A program made the translations under genes and the position numbers. The notes under the pieces are model-generated. The model worked only from the letters and a program-made list of their open reading frames with translations. It was not told the DNA's origin and did not search any database. Positions 28,611 through 38,283 of a stretch of 64,000 bases of DNA are shown here, one piece after another (within the stretch, counting starts at the first letter, position 1; each line of letters opens with the position of its first letter). The stretch lies in the sequence record NC_061447.1; one strand, 5' to 3'.

Positions 28611-28972
28611 CGTCTACCTCCATGCAGCAGTCTCGAACCACGTCGGTTGTTACTGCCGATCTGATTATTGTCGCAGTCATAGCAAAGGAGTTCGAGGTTA
28701 TGCTTCATATTCGAACCGCCCTGAGCATGGCCAACTTTGTGGTTGAGAATGAGTTGACTGGTGGGCTTACCACAGCGTTCACACTGATTGCCACGTTCAT
28801 CAATGATGCTCATTTTGAGGCGAGTCCAATCACCTCGGTCCATACGAACGTGAGTACCAGCGCGAGCACGTTCGAATCCAGTAACACCAGCAAGGCGTTG
28901 AGAGGTTGACATGCTTCTGCCTCGGCCACCCATCGTTCTTGCTGCAATACCACCCTTCGGTCTGTATGCCAT
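28607..28972 (-). CDS. HNH-family endonuclease (121 aa)
   Basis: CERC...NHKVGHAQGGSNMKHNLELLCYDCDN: Cys4 zinc knuckle plus the H...GG.N...NL..LC..C pattern. AGGAG RBS. Confidence 0.85.
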   Translation of the reverse strand: MAYRPKGGIAARTMGGRGRSMSTSQRLAGVTGFERARAGTHVRMDRGDWTRLKMSIIDERGNQCERCGKPTSQLILNHKVGHAQGGSNMKHNLELLCYDCDNNQIGSNNRRGSRLLHGGRR

Positions 28973-29005
28973 ATTGATCTCCTAAATACAGTTCTATTTA
29001 CAGAC

Positions 29006-29824
29006 TTAGGCGCTCGCACTAAAGATCTGAACTGTCTTCGATAGGCCCGCCTGATAGGCTTGCTCGATATCTTTCGCAGCATTACGAATGATTGTCTCAG
29101 TCTGATTATTGGCACCAGCAATCATTTCGACAGGCAGGTTCTTTTTATTCCATGCGTTAATCTGGTGGAACACACCAACCAGAATAGTACCAGCAGATTC
29201 CGCGAAAGGCCCCATGACCTCTGCGTTGAGAATCTCTGCCAGTTGCGACACGTCACGCAGCGCACGTAGGTCAGCGATAATCTCACGCATCTGGTTATAC
29301 AGTTGCATGAGCGCATAAATATCACGGCTCTGTTTGGACTTCTTATATTGTCCCTCGCAGATACGGGCCATTGACTGACACTGCTTGAACATCGTCATGT
29401 ATTCGGCAATCTGATCGTTCTCCTGCCGAATAACATCAGGCACTTCTGCCATAGCCTCAAGGAATTGTCCCTCAAGCGCAGCCACGTCAGTGCTCAAACT
29501 CTTTTTCTCTTTCTTCTTCTTTTTCTTTTTGATTGCTTCGACTGCATTCTCTTTCTTCTTCACCTTTTTAGGCTTAGGTTCTTCAAGAGACTGCATTGCC
29601 TTTTGAGATGCTGCAATATCCGAATAGAAGTCATCGGGATCAATATGCTTAGGCAGCACGTCTTTCGATGGGTCGGACTTCTTTTTCTTTTTGACCTTTA
29701 CGCCTTTGCTAACTGTCTTAGCTTTCTTGACGGTGGTCTTAGCTTTAACTTTCGCTTTGCTCTTTTTGCCTGTCTTTGCAGGTTGTGCGAAAGAGCCAAT
29801 GTCATCCAAGCTTATGGCCGCCAT
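29006..29824 (-). CDS. Lys-rich protein with a helical C-terminal domain (272 aa)
   Basis: GAGG RBS; poly-Lys runs in the N-terminal half. Confidence 0.75.
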   Translation of the reverse strand: MAAISLDDIGSFAQPAKTGKKSKAKVKAKTTVKKAKTVSKGVKVKKKKKSDPSKDVLPKHIDPDDFYSDIAASQKAMQSLEEPKPKKVKKKENAVEAIKKKKKKKEKKSLSTDVAALEGQFLEAMAEVPDVIRQENDQIAEYMTMFKQCQSMARICEGQYKKSKQSRDIYALMQLYNQMREIIADLRALRDVSQLAEILNAEVMGPFAESAGTILVGVFHQINAWNKKNLPVEMIAGANNQTETIIRNAAKDIEQAYQAGLSKTVQIFSASA

Positions 29825-29846
29825 GTTGAAATCCTCAGTGGAAACG

Positions 29847-29874
29847 AAAAAGGGAACCCCGTGAGGCTCCCTTT
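29847..29874 (-). terminator. Intrinsic terminator
   Basis: Minus strand AAAGGGAGCC-TCACG-GGGTTCCC-TTTTT. Confidence 0.75.
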
Positions 29875-29883
29875 AGGGTTTGT

Positions 29884-30684
29884 TTAGAAGCTGTGACCTT
29901 TGATGATACCTTCGATCTTAGCGTAGTAGTCAGGGCTGTAACGGAACACCTGAGCATAGTAGCTCAACAGTTTCGGCACGTCAACGCCAGCGGCAGCAGA
30001 CACGCTATCAACCTGTGGGAAGTGTTTCTCGTCCAGCTCGTCGCCAGACAGCACAGCGACCATGCTCATGGAGCTGATCTGTTCTTCGTTGCCCTGAGTG
30101 TCAACAACGAGGAAGGTGTTGTCATCGGTAACGTTAGCAGCAACGAAACCAACTTTCAGATCGCCAGAGTTAGACACGAAGCTAACCATGTCACCACCGA
30201 CAGCGCCAGCCAGCACCAGGTTGTGACGAGCAATCGCCTGCGCCAGAGTAGGCATAGACGAAGCCAGGTTAATGTTAGCAGCACCAGACACAGAACGAAT
30301 CATATCGATCAGTTCAGAGTTGTCATTGGCATCGCTCTCGCGTACCAGCACGTCTTCACCGCTTTCGCTACGGCGTACTGCCCACATGCGCTCGGACTTG
30401 TCCATGTACATGTTTTTAGACAGTGCCTGGAACTCGTCGCCCATCTGAGACACAGGAATAACATCCTGCATACGGTTCAGAATGGTGCGGACGAAGCTGG
30501 TGGTTTTGCCTGGCTCAATCACAGTAGTTGCACCAGCGACCGGCATATATTCACGATTGCATGAAGCACTGACTACAGCACCGAAGTTGTCAGCAATGTT
30601 TTCGCCGACGTTGTGAGTCACTTGCACGATGGCCACGCTCTGGTTGTCGTTGAGCTGGTCAATCTGTTTGATGAAAGCCTTCAT
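29884..30684 (-). CDS. Probable virion protein (about 266 aa)
   Basis: AGGAG spacing favours the second ATG (30684); highly expressed-type codon usage; CTAATTTC motif upstream. Confidence 0.7.
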   Translation of the reverse strand: MKAFIKQIDQLNDNQSVAIVQVTHNVGENIADNFGAVVSASCNREYMPVAGATTVIEPGKTTSFVRTILNRMQDVIPVSQMGDEFQALSKNMYMDKSERMWAVRRSESGEDVLVRESDANDNSELIDMIRSVSGAANINLASSMPTLAQAIARHNLVLAGAVGGDMVSFVSNSGDLKVGFVAANVTDDNTFLVVDTQGNEEQISSMSMVAVLSGDELDEKHFPQVDSVSAAAGVDVPKLLSYYAQVFRYSPDYYAKIEGIIKGHSF

Positions 30685-30730
30685 TGTCATCTCCTGAATG
30701 TTTCGACAATTGAAATTAGTAAACTTAGGG

Positions 30731-31927
30731 TTAGCCTGTTACGCGATATCGCGCATTGACCCAGATACTGCGGTTACCAACAGTAGCCCATTTGGTGGTT
30801 GGGCTGTTTGTGATGCCGAGCTTGCCAAGTGCGCGAGCACCGTCAATCGCACCAGAACCCTGAGAACCATCACCGTCGTTGATTCCGGCCTTAGACAGTT
30901 TGTTCTTCAAGTTCGTAACAGGACCTTGAATCTGCGTTTCGAGTCTACCGAGAGCAGCCTCAATCGAAGGTGTGCGGTCCATGTTTAAGTTAACGACCTG
31001 CCCTGTGAAGTCGAAAGCCATTTGCCCTTCTGCCTGTAACTGAGCAGCGAGCGCATAGTAACAACTACAGGTAATCCAGCCGTCAAGGATTGTGCCTTGC
31101 ATGTTCGTACCGTTGAAGCCAGTAACACGCGGGCCAATCATGTTGAACAACGCCAGACCACGATACAGATAACCAATCAGGTCAGCTTGCGTATATTCCA
31201 GTTCAGGAATAACGTTGTACTGACGCGCTTTGTTGATGTGGTCTTCTACCATCGACGCTGCAATAAGAATCTGCGGCGTTACTGCCCACAGCTTATACGT
31301 CAGCATCTTGGTTGTCTTGCGTGAGGCAGAAGTGTACTGCGCGATTAAACTAATCGGCTCTAAGCGACGAGTAGCAACCCACACAGGCACCTGAAACACG
31401 CAGGTCTTGGCGCGGTTCACAATCATCTTCACACCTGCATCGCCGGAGTCGATATCAGATGCAACGATTTGGTTGTTTAACGCGAGCTGGAATTTCAGCT
31501 TATCGCCACGCGTATCGAAGTGAAACGGCAACGTCATCTCAAACGTTTCGTTATCACCAAAAAGCGTAACGATATCCGTAACACGGTTCTCAGTCAGCGG
31601 CTCAACAATGAGTTCCTGACTCGACTGCATGATCCCTTCTTCGGAATCATAGCGCCATTTGACTGTCAGACGTTTATCGTCCACCAGCCCCATGTTAGGA
31701 ATCGCAACATCAGCAGTCCAGTAGCCAGGCACTTCTCCCGGCGTTGCGACCACTTGAGCCAGCACCGATTTATCGTCAGGGTCAATGAGGCTTACTACAG
31801 GCCCCATATCATCTGACTGTGGATAAACAGGCTGGTCTAGATCGTCGAAGAAACTTTCCTCGAGGACCAGTACGTTACCTTCTGTTGTGCGCATATCAGT
31901 CTGCCTTAGTGAGTCCCAGGTACTCAA
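30731..31927 (-). CDS. Probable virion structural protein, possibly head-tail adaptor/neck (398 aa)
   Basis: Beta-rich N-terminus and helical C-terminus (YTQADLIGYLYRGLALFN...IEAALGRLE) in a structural-type operon. The neck assignment is a weak inference. Confidence 0.55.
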   Translation of the reverse strand: MSTWDSLRQTDMRTTEGNVLVLEESFFDDLDQPVYPQSDDMGPVVSLIDPDDKSVLAQVVATPGEVPGYWTADVAIPNMGLVDDKRLTVKWRYDSEEGIMQSSQELIVEPLTENRVTDIVTLFGDNETFEMTLPFHFDTRGDKLKFQLALNNQIVASDIDSGDAGVKMIVNRAKTCVFQVPVWVATRRLEPISLIAQYTSASRKTTKMLTYKLWAVTPQILIAASMVEDHINKARQYNVIPELEYTQADLIGYLYRGLALFNMIGPRVTGFNGTNMQGTILDGWITCSCYYALAAQLQAEGQMAFDFTGQVVNLNMDRTPSIEAALGRLETQIQGPVTNLKNKLSKAGINDGDGSQGSGAIDGARALGKLGITNSPTTKWATVGNRSIWVNARYRVTG

Positions 31928-33002
31928 TCAAATTGCGTAGCTGGTCATTATACCCACCTTCGATTAGCGCTCTCGCCATTGCAACGTGGTTGGAGTTCGC
32001 AGTACGCACTACCTTAGCCTGATACTCAGGAACGTTTTGCATGTTCTGACTCAGGTTGTAGAAGTAGCTGCGCACGAAGTTCGTTCGTTCCACGTTACTC
32101 GCTTCCATATCGCTCGTGTCCTGCGTAGGAGTCAGAAGGAGATAGAGTGCAGCAAGCAACTCAGGACTCTGATCAACAATCGGCGAAGCCAGAGAAGCAG
32201 CAATCTTCATCAGGCCTTTCGCAACAAAGTCAACCACAGTCTTCTCGATGAACTCCGTACCAGCTTTACCTACGTTAGGCAGATACAAGCCAGGCAGGAT
32301 GAAAATACAGAAGTAAAGCGGAAAGTCTTTACGCATCACGTCGGGGATAAGCATCTCCGAGTAGTCTTTCCAGATGTTGATGTTGAAGTGCCATTCATCG
32401 TAAGGCACTGTACGCATCAGGTTCGATACAGTCAGGTCTTTCACTTGGTTCGCCTGCGATGCAAGATCGCGAGCGCTCTGCGAAGGAGCAAGGTTCGAAC
32501 TCGATACCAGCTGGACGTAGTTGCGCGTGACAGCACCGATAGTGTTGTACACCACATTCAGCATCTCAACACCATTGCCGTTCAGACCAAAGATGACCGA
32601 ACGTGGAAGACCAATAGTGATGTATTCGTTGTTATTGTCAACGCCCCACAAGCGCCAGTAACGCCCGCGGCCAAGTTGAGTCATCGGCTGCGGGAGAATA
32701 CGGTTAGCGCGAGGTTTCAGGCAGAACGTGAAGCAGATACCGCTGTCAATCATGATCACTGAATCATCAGGACGATTCGAGTAACCCATCGACATATCGT
32801 TATCCGTCGAGTACACGTTCACCAGAGTGAAGTTCAGCGACTTGGTGAAAGGCATCTGAGCTTCAATCAAATAGGCGAGGACTTGACGAATGATAGTATC
32901 AAGCACGTAAGGAGTTGCGCTACGCATTTGTTGCGGACGATACTGCCCGCTATACGTATTCTCCTTGAACGTGCGATCTACCTTGAAATGCGTTAACGCC
33001 AT
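31896..33002 (-). CDS. Hypothetical protein, probably virion-associated (368 aa)
   Basis: Long ORF coupled to the upstream stop (TAATG). Confidence 0.75.
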   Translation of the reverse strand: MALTHFKVDRTFKENTYSGQYRPQQMRSATPYVLDTIIRQVLAYLIEAQMPFTKSLNFTLVNVYSTDNDMSMGYSNRPDDSVIMIDSGICFTFCLKPRANRILPQPMTQLGRGRYWRLWGVDNNNEYITIGLPRSVIFGLNGNGVEMLNVVYNTIGAVTRNYVQLVSSSNLAPSQSARDLASQANQVKDLTVSNLMRTVPYDEWHFNINIWKDYSEMLIPDVMRKDFPLYFCIFILPGLYLPNVGKAGTEFIEKTVVDFVAKGLMKIAASLASPIVDQSPELLAALYLLLTPTQDTSDMEASNVERTNFVRSYFYNLSQNMQNVPEYQAKVVRTANSNHVAMARALIEGGYNDQLRNLIEYLGLTKAD

Positions 33003-34285
33003 TACTTGACCGATTGTTTCAGCAGACGTTTCTGTTGTGGGTTCAGACCCATAACGTCGGCGATTTCATCAATCTTACGCAGGGTCAGAACGCCTTTCGC
33101 AGTACCGCCAGAACCAGTCAGAGAGATCTTAACGAACTCACGGCCGTTACGGCCATTGACCATCTGGTGAACGATGCTGTTCTTACCACCACGTCCCGCA
33201 CGAAGCGCAGTAGACGCCATGCCCAGAATCTCTGTGATAGCTTCTTTCTTCTCGGTCGGACTAAGACCAGGAACCAGACGCACATACAGGCTATCGTTCT
33301 GCACACGAACGTTGTCGAAGATTTCTTTCTTACGACCACGAATGGTGTGCTGCTGATTACCCAGCATGGTGGTGTCACGCAGGTTCTGCGTAGAACGGTT
33401 GATAGGCTTACGCTCGCTGTAGTTCAAGAATCCGTCGAGAGCCATCAGATGGTTGATAGTACGCTTCATCTCAGGAGCGGTAGCGATCTGACGTCCCATA
33501 GGGAACGAGCCAGGAACTTTCTCGTCAACGAGTGACGTCAGGAAGTTTTCGCTGATACCGCTTGCTACTGCGATTGTGGTAGACAGTACCAGAGCATAGT
33601 TCGGGTAGTGCATACCATCGGAGTTCACGAAGTTATCAATGAACACGTAGGTCTGGAAACAGATTGGGTCAGTACCAGACGCGATGAAAGTACGAGTACG
33701 AATCTTCGAATAGTCTTCTTTATTCAGAATCTTCGACAGGTAGTTGGCGATGGTTGCAGCCAGCTTGGTATGCTCTTTAGGCGCGCCGTTTTTAACGTCG
33801 ATGCTCATGAGCTTAACCAGTTTTTGCTGCTGGTCTTTCGCCTGAGTGATAACGTTCAGCAGAGACTTAGCGGCTGCGTTCTGATCTTTGAATGCGCTGA
33901 AAGTCTTACTGTTCAGAATCTGGTACGCGACCGACAGTTCACCAATCGCCTGAGACAGTTGGCTTACCTGTTGGTTGTATTGAGCTTTGCTCTTAACATC
34001 AGAGATATCAATCTTGGTCAGATCGATAACTTGGTTAAGGTCGATAGCCTTGGCCTGTTTGCCTTTGATTGAGCCTTCGATATCAGACAGTTCGATGGCT
34101 TTAGCGCTGACGGACAGGAGTTTCTGTGGGATGACTACTGAGGTGGCGTTAGCGATAACTTTATCGAGTACGTTACGGAACTCTTTCGCTGTACGCGCAC
34201 CACGTAATGCAGTCATATTCCCAGAGCTATAGTCAACAGATGCGCTGATACTGCTAACTTCATTGTTTTTGGCAGTCTTAGCCAT
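33002..34285 (-). CDS. Probable virion/internal head protein (about 427 aa)
   Basis: GAGG RBS favours MAKTAK; N-terminal EVSSISAS (S-x-S-A); CTAATTTT motif upstream. Confidence 0.75.
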   Translation of the reverse strand: MAKTAKNNEVSSISASVDYSSGNMTALRGARTAKEFRNVLDKVIANATSVVIPQKLLSVSAKAIELSDIEGSIKGKQAKAIDLNQVIDLTKIDISDVKSKAQYNQQVSQLSQAIGELSVAYQILNSKTFSAFKDQNAAAKSLLNVITQAKDQQQKLVKLMSIDVKNGAPKEHTKLAATIANYLSKILNKEDYSKIRTRTFIASGTDPICFQTYVFIDNFVNSDGMHYPNYALVLSTTIAVASGISENFLTSLVDEKVPGSFPMGRQIATAPEMKRTINHLMALDGFLNYSERKPINRSTQNLRDTTMLGNQQHTIRGRKKEIFDNVRVQNDSLYVRLVPGLSPTEKKEAITEILGMASTALRAGRGGKNSIVHQMVNGRNGREFVKISLTGSGGTAKGVLTLRKIDEIADVMGLNPQQKRLLKQSVK

Positions 34286-34369
34286 GATCATCCTCTACTG
34301 GGTCTAGTAATCATATCGAGTAAAAATTAGCGACTAAGGCCTGTTTTACCCTACATGATTGCTTTACAT

Positions 34370-36277
34370 TTAATTGGTTGCGTGATCGAGATAGTTGAGA
34401 ACAATAGCTTTCTCAATAGCATTAATTGCCGCGGAATATGCCTCTGCGTCAAGCTGGTCTTTGACGTAAAACGCAACGAAACCAGACGAGTCAGCGATCT
34501 TGTCCACAAACGTCAAGCCTACATCAGCAATAACGTTGGAGTTAATTACATCCGAGGCAGTGATGCCTTTCTCCATTTGGAATCTGTTAGCATTCACTTT
34601 TCTGAATGTCTTCTTGTCGAAGCCATGAGTATCAGCCACTATTCTGTTTGTCAGGCGCATGCCTAGATGAATCTTAATAGGAGTCAGGCCGTCAAATATA
34701 GGCAGTGCATATTCAGTGTAATCAGGGCGAACAACATCATCACAGGCCTTTAACGATTTGGCTGTCAATGCTTCAATTTTATCTTTGTCTCGAACGGCGA
34801 AGTACAGAGACACAAGCGCGGCCACAAGATTTTCTTTGCTGTAGCGGCTATTCATGTCCTCAAGTACCGACTCTACGGTACCGCCATTGAAACCTACATA
34901 CGAAGCCTGTCGCCAGAACACACCATCAGAATCTGAAAAATATTTTGCCTTATCCCAAATCTCACGCAGTGCGTCAGGATATCCACCCTCACTTCCATCC
35001 TTTTTAGAATACAGGGCAATCGTATCAAGGGATTGAGTAACGCGGTCAGTCATGCTCTCATCCTCACTCTCGACAAAACCAAGAAGAGGTATAGCTAGGC
35101 CTGGGTTGAAGCCCACCAGCTCGGCCTGCTCCAGCAACTGACTATCTGACAGATTGTTAGAGGCGTAGTCGAGATAGGCTTTCTTGATCTGAGAGTACAC
35201 ACTAGGGCTTTCAAAAGCCTCCATATGTGCAACTGCTTTGGTGACCTTAGACAGCAGGTCATCGCCGCCCCAACCAGAAGCGAGGACTTTACTCACAAAC
35301 GAGAAGAACTCTTTCGACATGTTAGCGATATTGTTGCCGAGTCGGTCCGTATATTCCGTAGCAGTAATCTTCGACAAATAGCCATCAGGATCATTACGCA
35401 CTTCTTGACGCATACGCAGTTCTGCGTAGGACGCCTCGTTGTTTTCAGCGGCAGTCTTAGATGCATCATACTTAAACATGCCACGCTGCATATCGTCATA
35501 CAACTTGTCAGGCAGCGCGAGACTTAACGTAGTTTTACCGGCAGCAAGGTCTTTATTGATATTCTGGTCAACCCAGTCCTGAACCTGCATTACAAACGTG
35601 GCGTTCTTATCTGGGTACGCACGGTCTGCAAGATATACGACAGTAACGCCTTTCTTGCCAACACTCGGTCTAACAGCATCGACGTCAAAGAAAGGTTTCA
35701 ACAGGCAGCGAGCAACAGGCTTGTTGATATTCTTGTCGTTAGCGTCAATAAGATATGCTATTAAAGTGCCTGTCTTCACTTCTGATTTGATGTAGTGTTT
35801 GTTCGTGCCGTTGACCAGGTTCATACAGCTCACCCAACCACGGTCAGTAGACATGCCTGCAATATCGTATGGGTGCATTGACAGACACACCATGCGACCA
35901 CTCTTACCTTCTTGCGCTACAACTTTACGATTAGGGTCAGAGTCGAACATCTTCTTGAGTTCGGCTTCTTTGGCAAGAGCTTTACCTAAACGCACAGTAC
36001 GCCCGTGAGAATCACGACCGATACCTGCAAAATAATCCAGTACAGTGATTTTCTTTTCGGCAAGAAAATCGTTGATAGGCTGCGGTGCAGTGGACAACAC
36101 ATCGGCGTTCTTAATGACGTTATGGCCGATATCGAAATAAATGCGCATTGCCTTGCGGCCGGTCTTACCGCTTATGCGCTCGAAGATTTTTAAGAGCGCT
36201 TTGTTTGGCTTCCAGTTCTTCAAGTACGGTCGATATTGTGAAGGAGCCAGGGCAGACAAGCTAACCTGTATTTCCAT
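34370..36277 (-). CDS. Large protein with an MEIQVSLS leader and an HPYDIAGMSTDRGWVSCM domain (635 aa)
   Basis: ORF is clear. The S-C-M-containing segment looks like a conserved enzymatic core, possibly PcfJ/GNAT-like (weak recollection). Confidence 0.75.
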   Translation of the reverse strand: MEIQVSLSALAPSQYRPYLKNWKPNKALLKIFERISGKTGRKAMRIYFDIGHNVIKNADVLSTAPQPINDFLAEKKITVLDYFAGIGRDSHGRTVRLGKALAKEAELKKMFDSDPNRKVVAQEGKSGRMVCLSMHPYDIAGMSTDRGWVSCMNLVNGTNKHYIKSEVKTGTLIAYLIDANDKNINKPVARCLLKPFFDVDAVRPSVGKKGVTVVYLADRAYPDKNATFVMQVQDWVDQNINKDLAAGKTTLSLALPDKLYDDMQRGMFKYDASKTAAENNEASYAELRMRQEVRNDPDGYLSKITATEYTDRLGNNIANMSKEFFSFVSKVLASGWGGDDLLSKVTKAVAHMEAFESPSVYSQIKKAYLDYASNNLSDSQLLEQAELVGFNPGLAIPLLGFVESEDESMTDRVTQSLDTIALYSKKDGSEGGYPDALREIWDKAKYFSDSDGVFWRQASYVGFNGGTVESVLEDMNSRYSKENLVAALVSLYFAVRDKDKIEALTAKSLKACDDVVRPDYTEYALPIFDGLTPIKIHLGMRLTNRIVADTHGFDKKTFRKVNANRFQMEKGITASDVINSNVIADVGLTFVDKIADSSGFVAFYVKDQLDAEAYSAAINAIEKAIVLNYLDHATN

Positions 36278-36305
36278 GATTTTCCCCAGTGTTCGGATAT
36301 TGAAG

Positions 36306-36314
36306 AAAAATTAG
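36306..36314 (-). promoter_or_regulatory. [C/A]TAATTT[T/C] motif (representative; also near 5232, 7681, 11633, 30712, 34322, 37116, 43011, 43914, 49888, 59663)
   Basis: Recurs 20-70 nt upstream of mostly virion-type genes, often just after a terminator. Confidence 0.6.
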
Positions 36315-36326
36315 TGACAGAAATAC

Positions 36327-36356
36327 AAAAAGGGGCAGCCGAAGCCACCCCTTTTT
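36327..36356 (-). terminator. Intrinsic terminator (near-copy of those at 7710 and 49203)
   Basis: Minus strand AAAAAGGGGTGGC-TTCG-GCTGCCCCTTTTT; bidirectional A/T tracts. Confidence 0.9.
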
Positions 36357-36386
36357 GTTTGTAGTAATGTCTATCGACCAGGCCGA

Positions 36387-37049
36387 TTAAACAGTTACTT
36401 TACCTTTTGCTTTGGTCTTTGCCGCTTTCTTAGCGCCAGCTTTCTGCGCTGCGGTACCAGTGTGCTTCACAGCTTTCTGGGTAGTCTCTTTACCTTTTTT
36501 CAGGCGCGGCAGTGGTTTCAGCTTAGGCTTAACCAGGGTAACCGCTTTCGGAGCTACTTTCGGAGTGACCAGCTTGCCGTCTTTGATCATCGGCTTGCGA
36601 GCTTTGCGCGCGGCCAGACGAGCTTTCTGCTTGGCGATCAGGTTACGATAACCAGCTTTCTGTTTCGCTTTCAGGTTACCCAGAGCGATGGTCTGACGTT
36701 TCAGCAGCAGCTTACGAACTTTGCCCTGAGAAACGGCAGTCGCTTTCAGGCCAGCCTGGTATTTAGCCAGACGCTCTTTCAGGCGTTGCTCGATGCTTTT
36801 ACCTTTTGCTTTCTTAGCCTGCTTACGCAGGTGAGTAGCACGTTCGTTGTCGAACTTTTTCTCAGAAGCGGTACGCGCCGGCTTTTTCGCTTTGGCAGCT
36901 TTTGGCTTAGCAGCTTTGGTAGCCTTTGGAGCTTTAGCCGCAGGTGCAGCTTTAGCTTTTTTCGCCTTAGGCTTAGCAGCCTTTGCAGCGCCAGCTTTTT
37001 TGGTCATCTTAGGATCTTTGGTGCTTTTCAGTTTGCGTTTTACGGCCAT
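36387..37049 (-). CDS. Histone H1-like Lys/Ala-rich DNA-binding protein (220 aa)
   Basis: KAAKPKAKKAKAAPAAKAPKATKAAKPKAAKAKKP low-complexity repeats, almost no acidic residues; GAGG RBS. Confidence 0.8.
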   Translation of the reverse strand: MAVKRKLKSTKDPKMTKKAGAAKAAKPKAKKAKAAPAAKAPKATKAAKPKAAKAKKPARTASEKKFDNERATHLRKQAKKAKGKSIEQRLKERLAKYQAGLKATAVSQGKVRKLLLKRQTIALGNLKAKQKAGYRNLIAKQKARLAARKARKPMIKDGKLVTPKVAPKAVTLVKPKLKPLPRLKKGKETTQKAVKHTGTAAQKAGAKKAAKTKAKGKVTV

Positions 37050-37167
37050 GGTTATTTCCTCAAGTTACAATTGAACTTTCGTCCTTAGGACATTAAGTTT
37101 TTGAAATCAGCATGTAAAAATTAGTATAATCCCTGAAACTTTTCTCAGGAATTTTCCTAAATCTTTT

Positions 37168-38256
37168 TTACATAGCAGCATACCCTATTTCAGATAACAC
37201 CGCGTCAAGTTCCTTGCGAGCACGAACCCGCAAAGACTTTTTAATTCCCGAAGCCTTCAGGTAATCCTTTAGGCCATCACGTGGGTCAATATCCGCAAGC
37301 GCCAGCTCGCTAACATCAACTGTATCTATATTATCGAGATCGACACGTTTATTCGTGGAATTTATTTGGGAAATATTTGGGACGCGTGTACGAATATCTG
37401 CTGGGATTGACACCGTATCTTTAACAATGAGTCGGTAGCGAATCGCAGGGTTTACCTCAAGGCGTGACCAGTCTTTCTGATTTTCAATTGCAACTGTTTC
37501 CAGTCTAAACCCAGGCTTGCTGTCGATAAACTTCTGCTGAACCACCAGCTCGCCTTTCTTGTACTTGGCACGAATGTGAATGAATCCCTTCGGTAATGCC
37601 TCGCCAAATGTTTTCTGATACGGTGACCCACAATAAGTGAATCGTTTCTTTTCCAGAACCTGATGCAGGTGAATGTGCCCGCTTATCGTGTAGTCACGTG
37701 GGTCAACTTTAATATCGTGCTTCGCTTTAAGCGGACGACCGTTATCACCAAGCGCACCTACAGCCTCGACGTGGCAGAAGTTAAGACACGGCTTCTTGTG
37801 CTTAATGCTTTCTTTCGCAGGGTGCGGCAGGAAGTTAACGACAACGCCGTCAATCTCAACCTGTTCTGGTCGGAGATAGATATGCAGTGACTGTAAGAAA
37901 TCCCATTCGCAGAACGTCTTGATCAAGTCCATGCTGGTGCTCGACATATCAGCCCAGTCATGGTTGCCGCCACTGTACCAAGTATCAATGATACCTTCGT
38001 ACTTCAAGAAGAACTGGAGCAGCTTGCGCTTAGTTTCGTCGTCCATCTTAAACTTATCGGTGATATCCCCTGGAACAAAGATGTGACGAATGCCGTGCTC
38101 GACTGCATACTGATAGATGCGGTCGATCGTTTCAAGTTGACGGTCAACGTGGTCAGTAGGGAAATGATTAGCCAGCCCTTCGAAATGCCAGTCAGATGTG
38201 ACGAGAGCTTCTAACATCTCAGATACTTTTTTCTTTTTCATCACTACAGAGTCCAT
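37168..38256 (-). CDS. sbcD: SbcD/Mre11 (T4 gp47-like) metallophosphoesterase nuclease (362 aa)
   Basis: TSDWH, PGDIT, GGNHD, FCHVE, SGHIH, YCGSPYQKTFGE (Mre11/SbcD motifs I-V). Confidence 0.9.
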   Translation of the reverse strand: MDSVVMKKKKVSEMLEALVTSDWHFEGLANHFPTDHVDRQLETIDRIYQYAVEHGIRHIFVPGDITDKFKMDDETKRKLLQFFLKYEGIIDTWYSGGNHDWADMSSTSMDLIKTFCEWDFLQSLHIYLRPEQVEIDGVVVNFLPHPAKESIKHKKPCLNFCHVEAVGALGDNGRPLKAKHDIKVDPRDYTISGHIHLHQVLEKKRFTYCGSPYQKTFGEALPKGFIHIRAKYKKGELVVQQKFIDSKPGFRLETVAIENQKDWSRLEVNPAIRYRLIVKDTVSIPADIRTRVPNISQINSTNKRVDLDNIDTVDVSELALADIDPRDGLKDYLKASGIKKSLRVRARKELDAVLSEIGYAAM

Positions 38257-38283
38257 AGGTTTCTTTGACTGCTATTTACAGAA

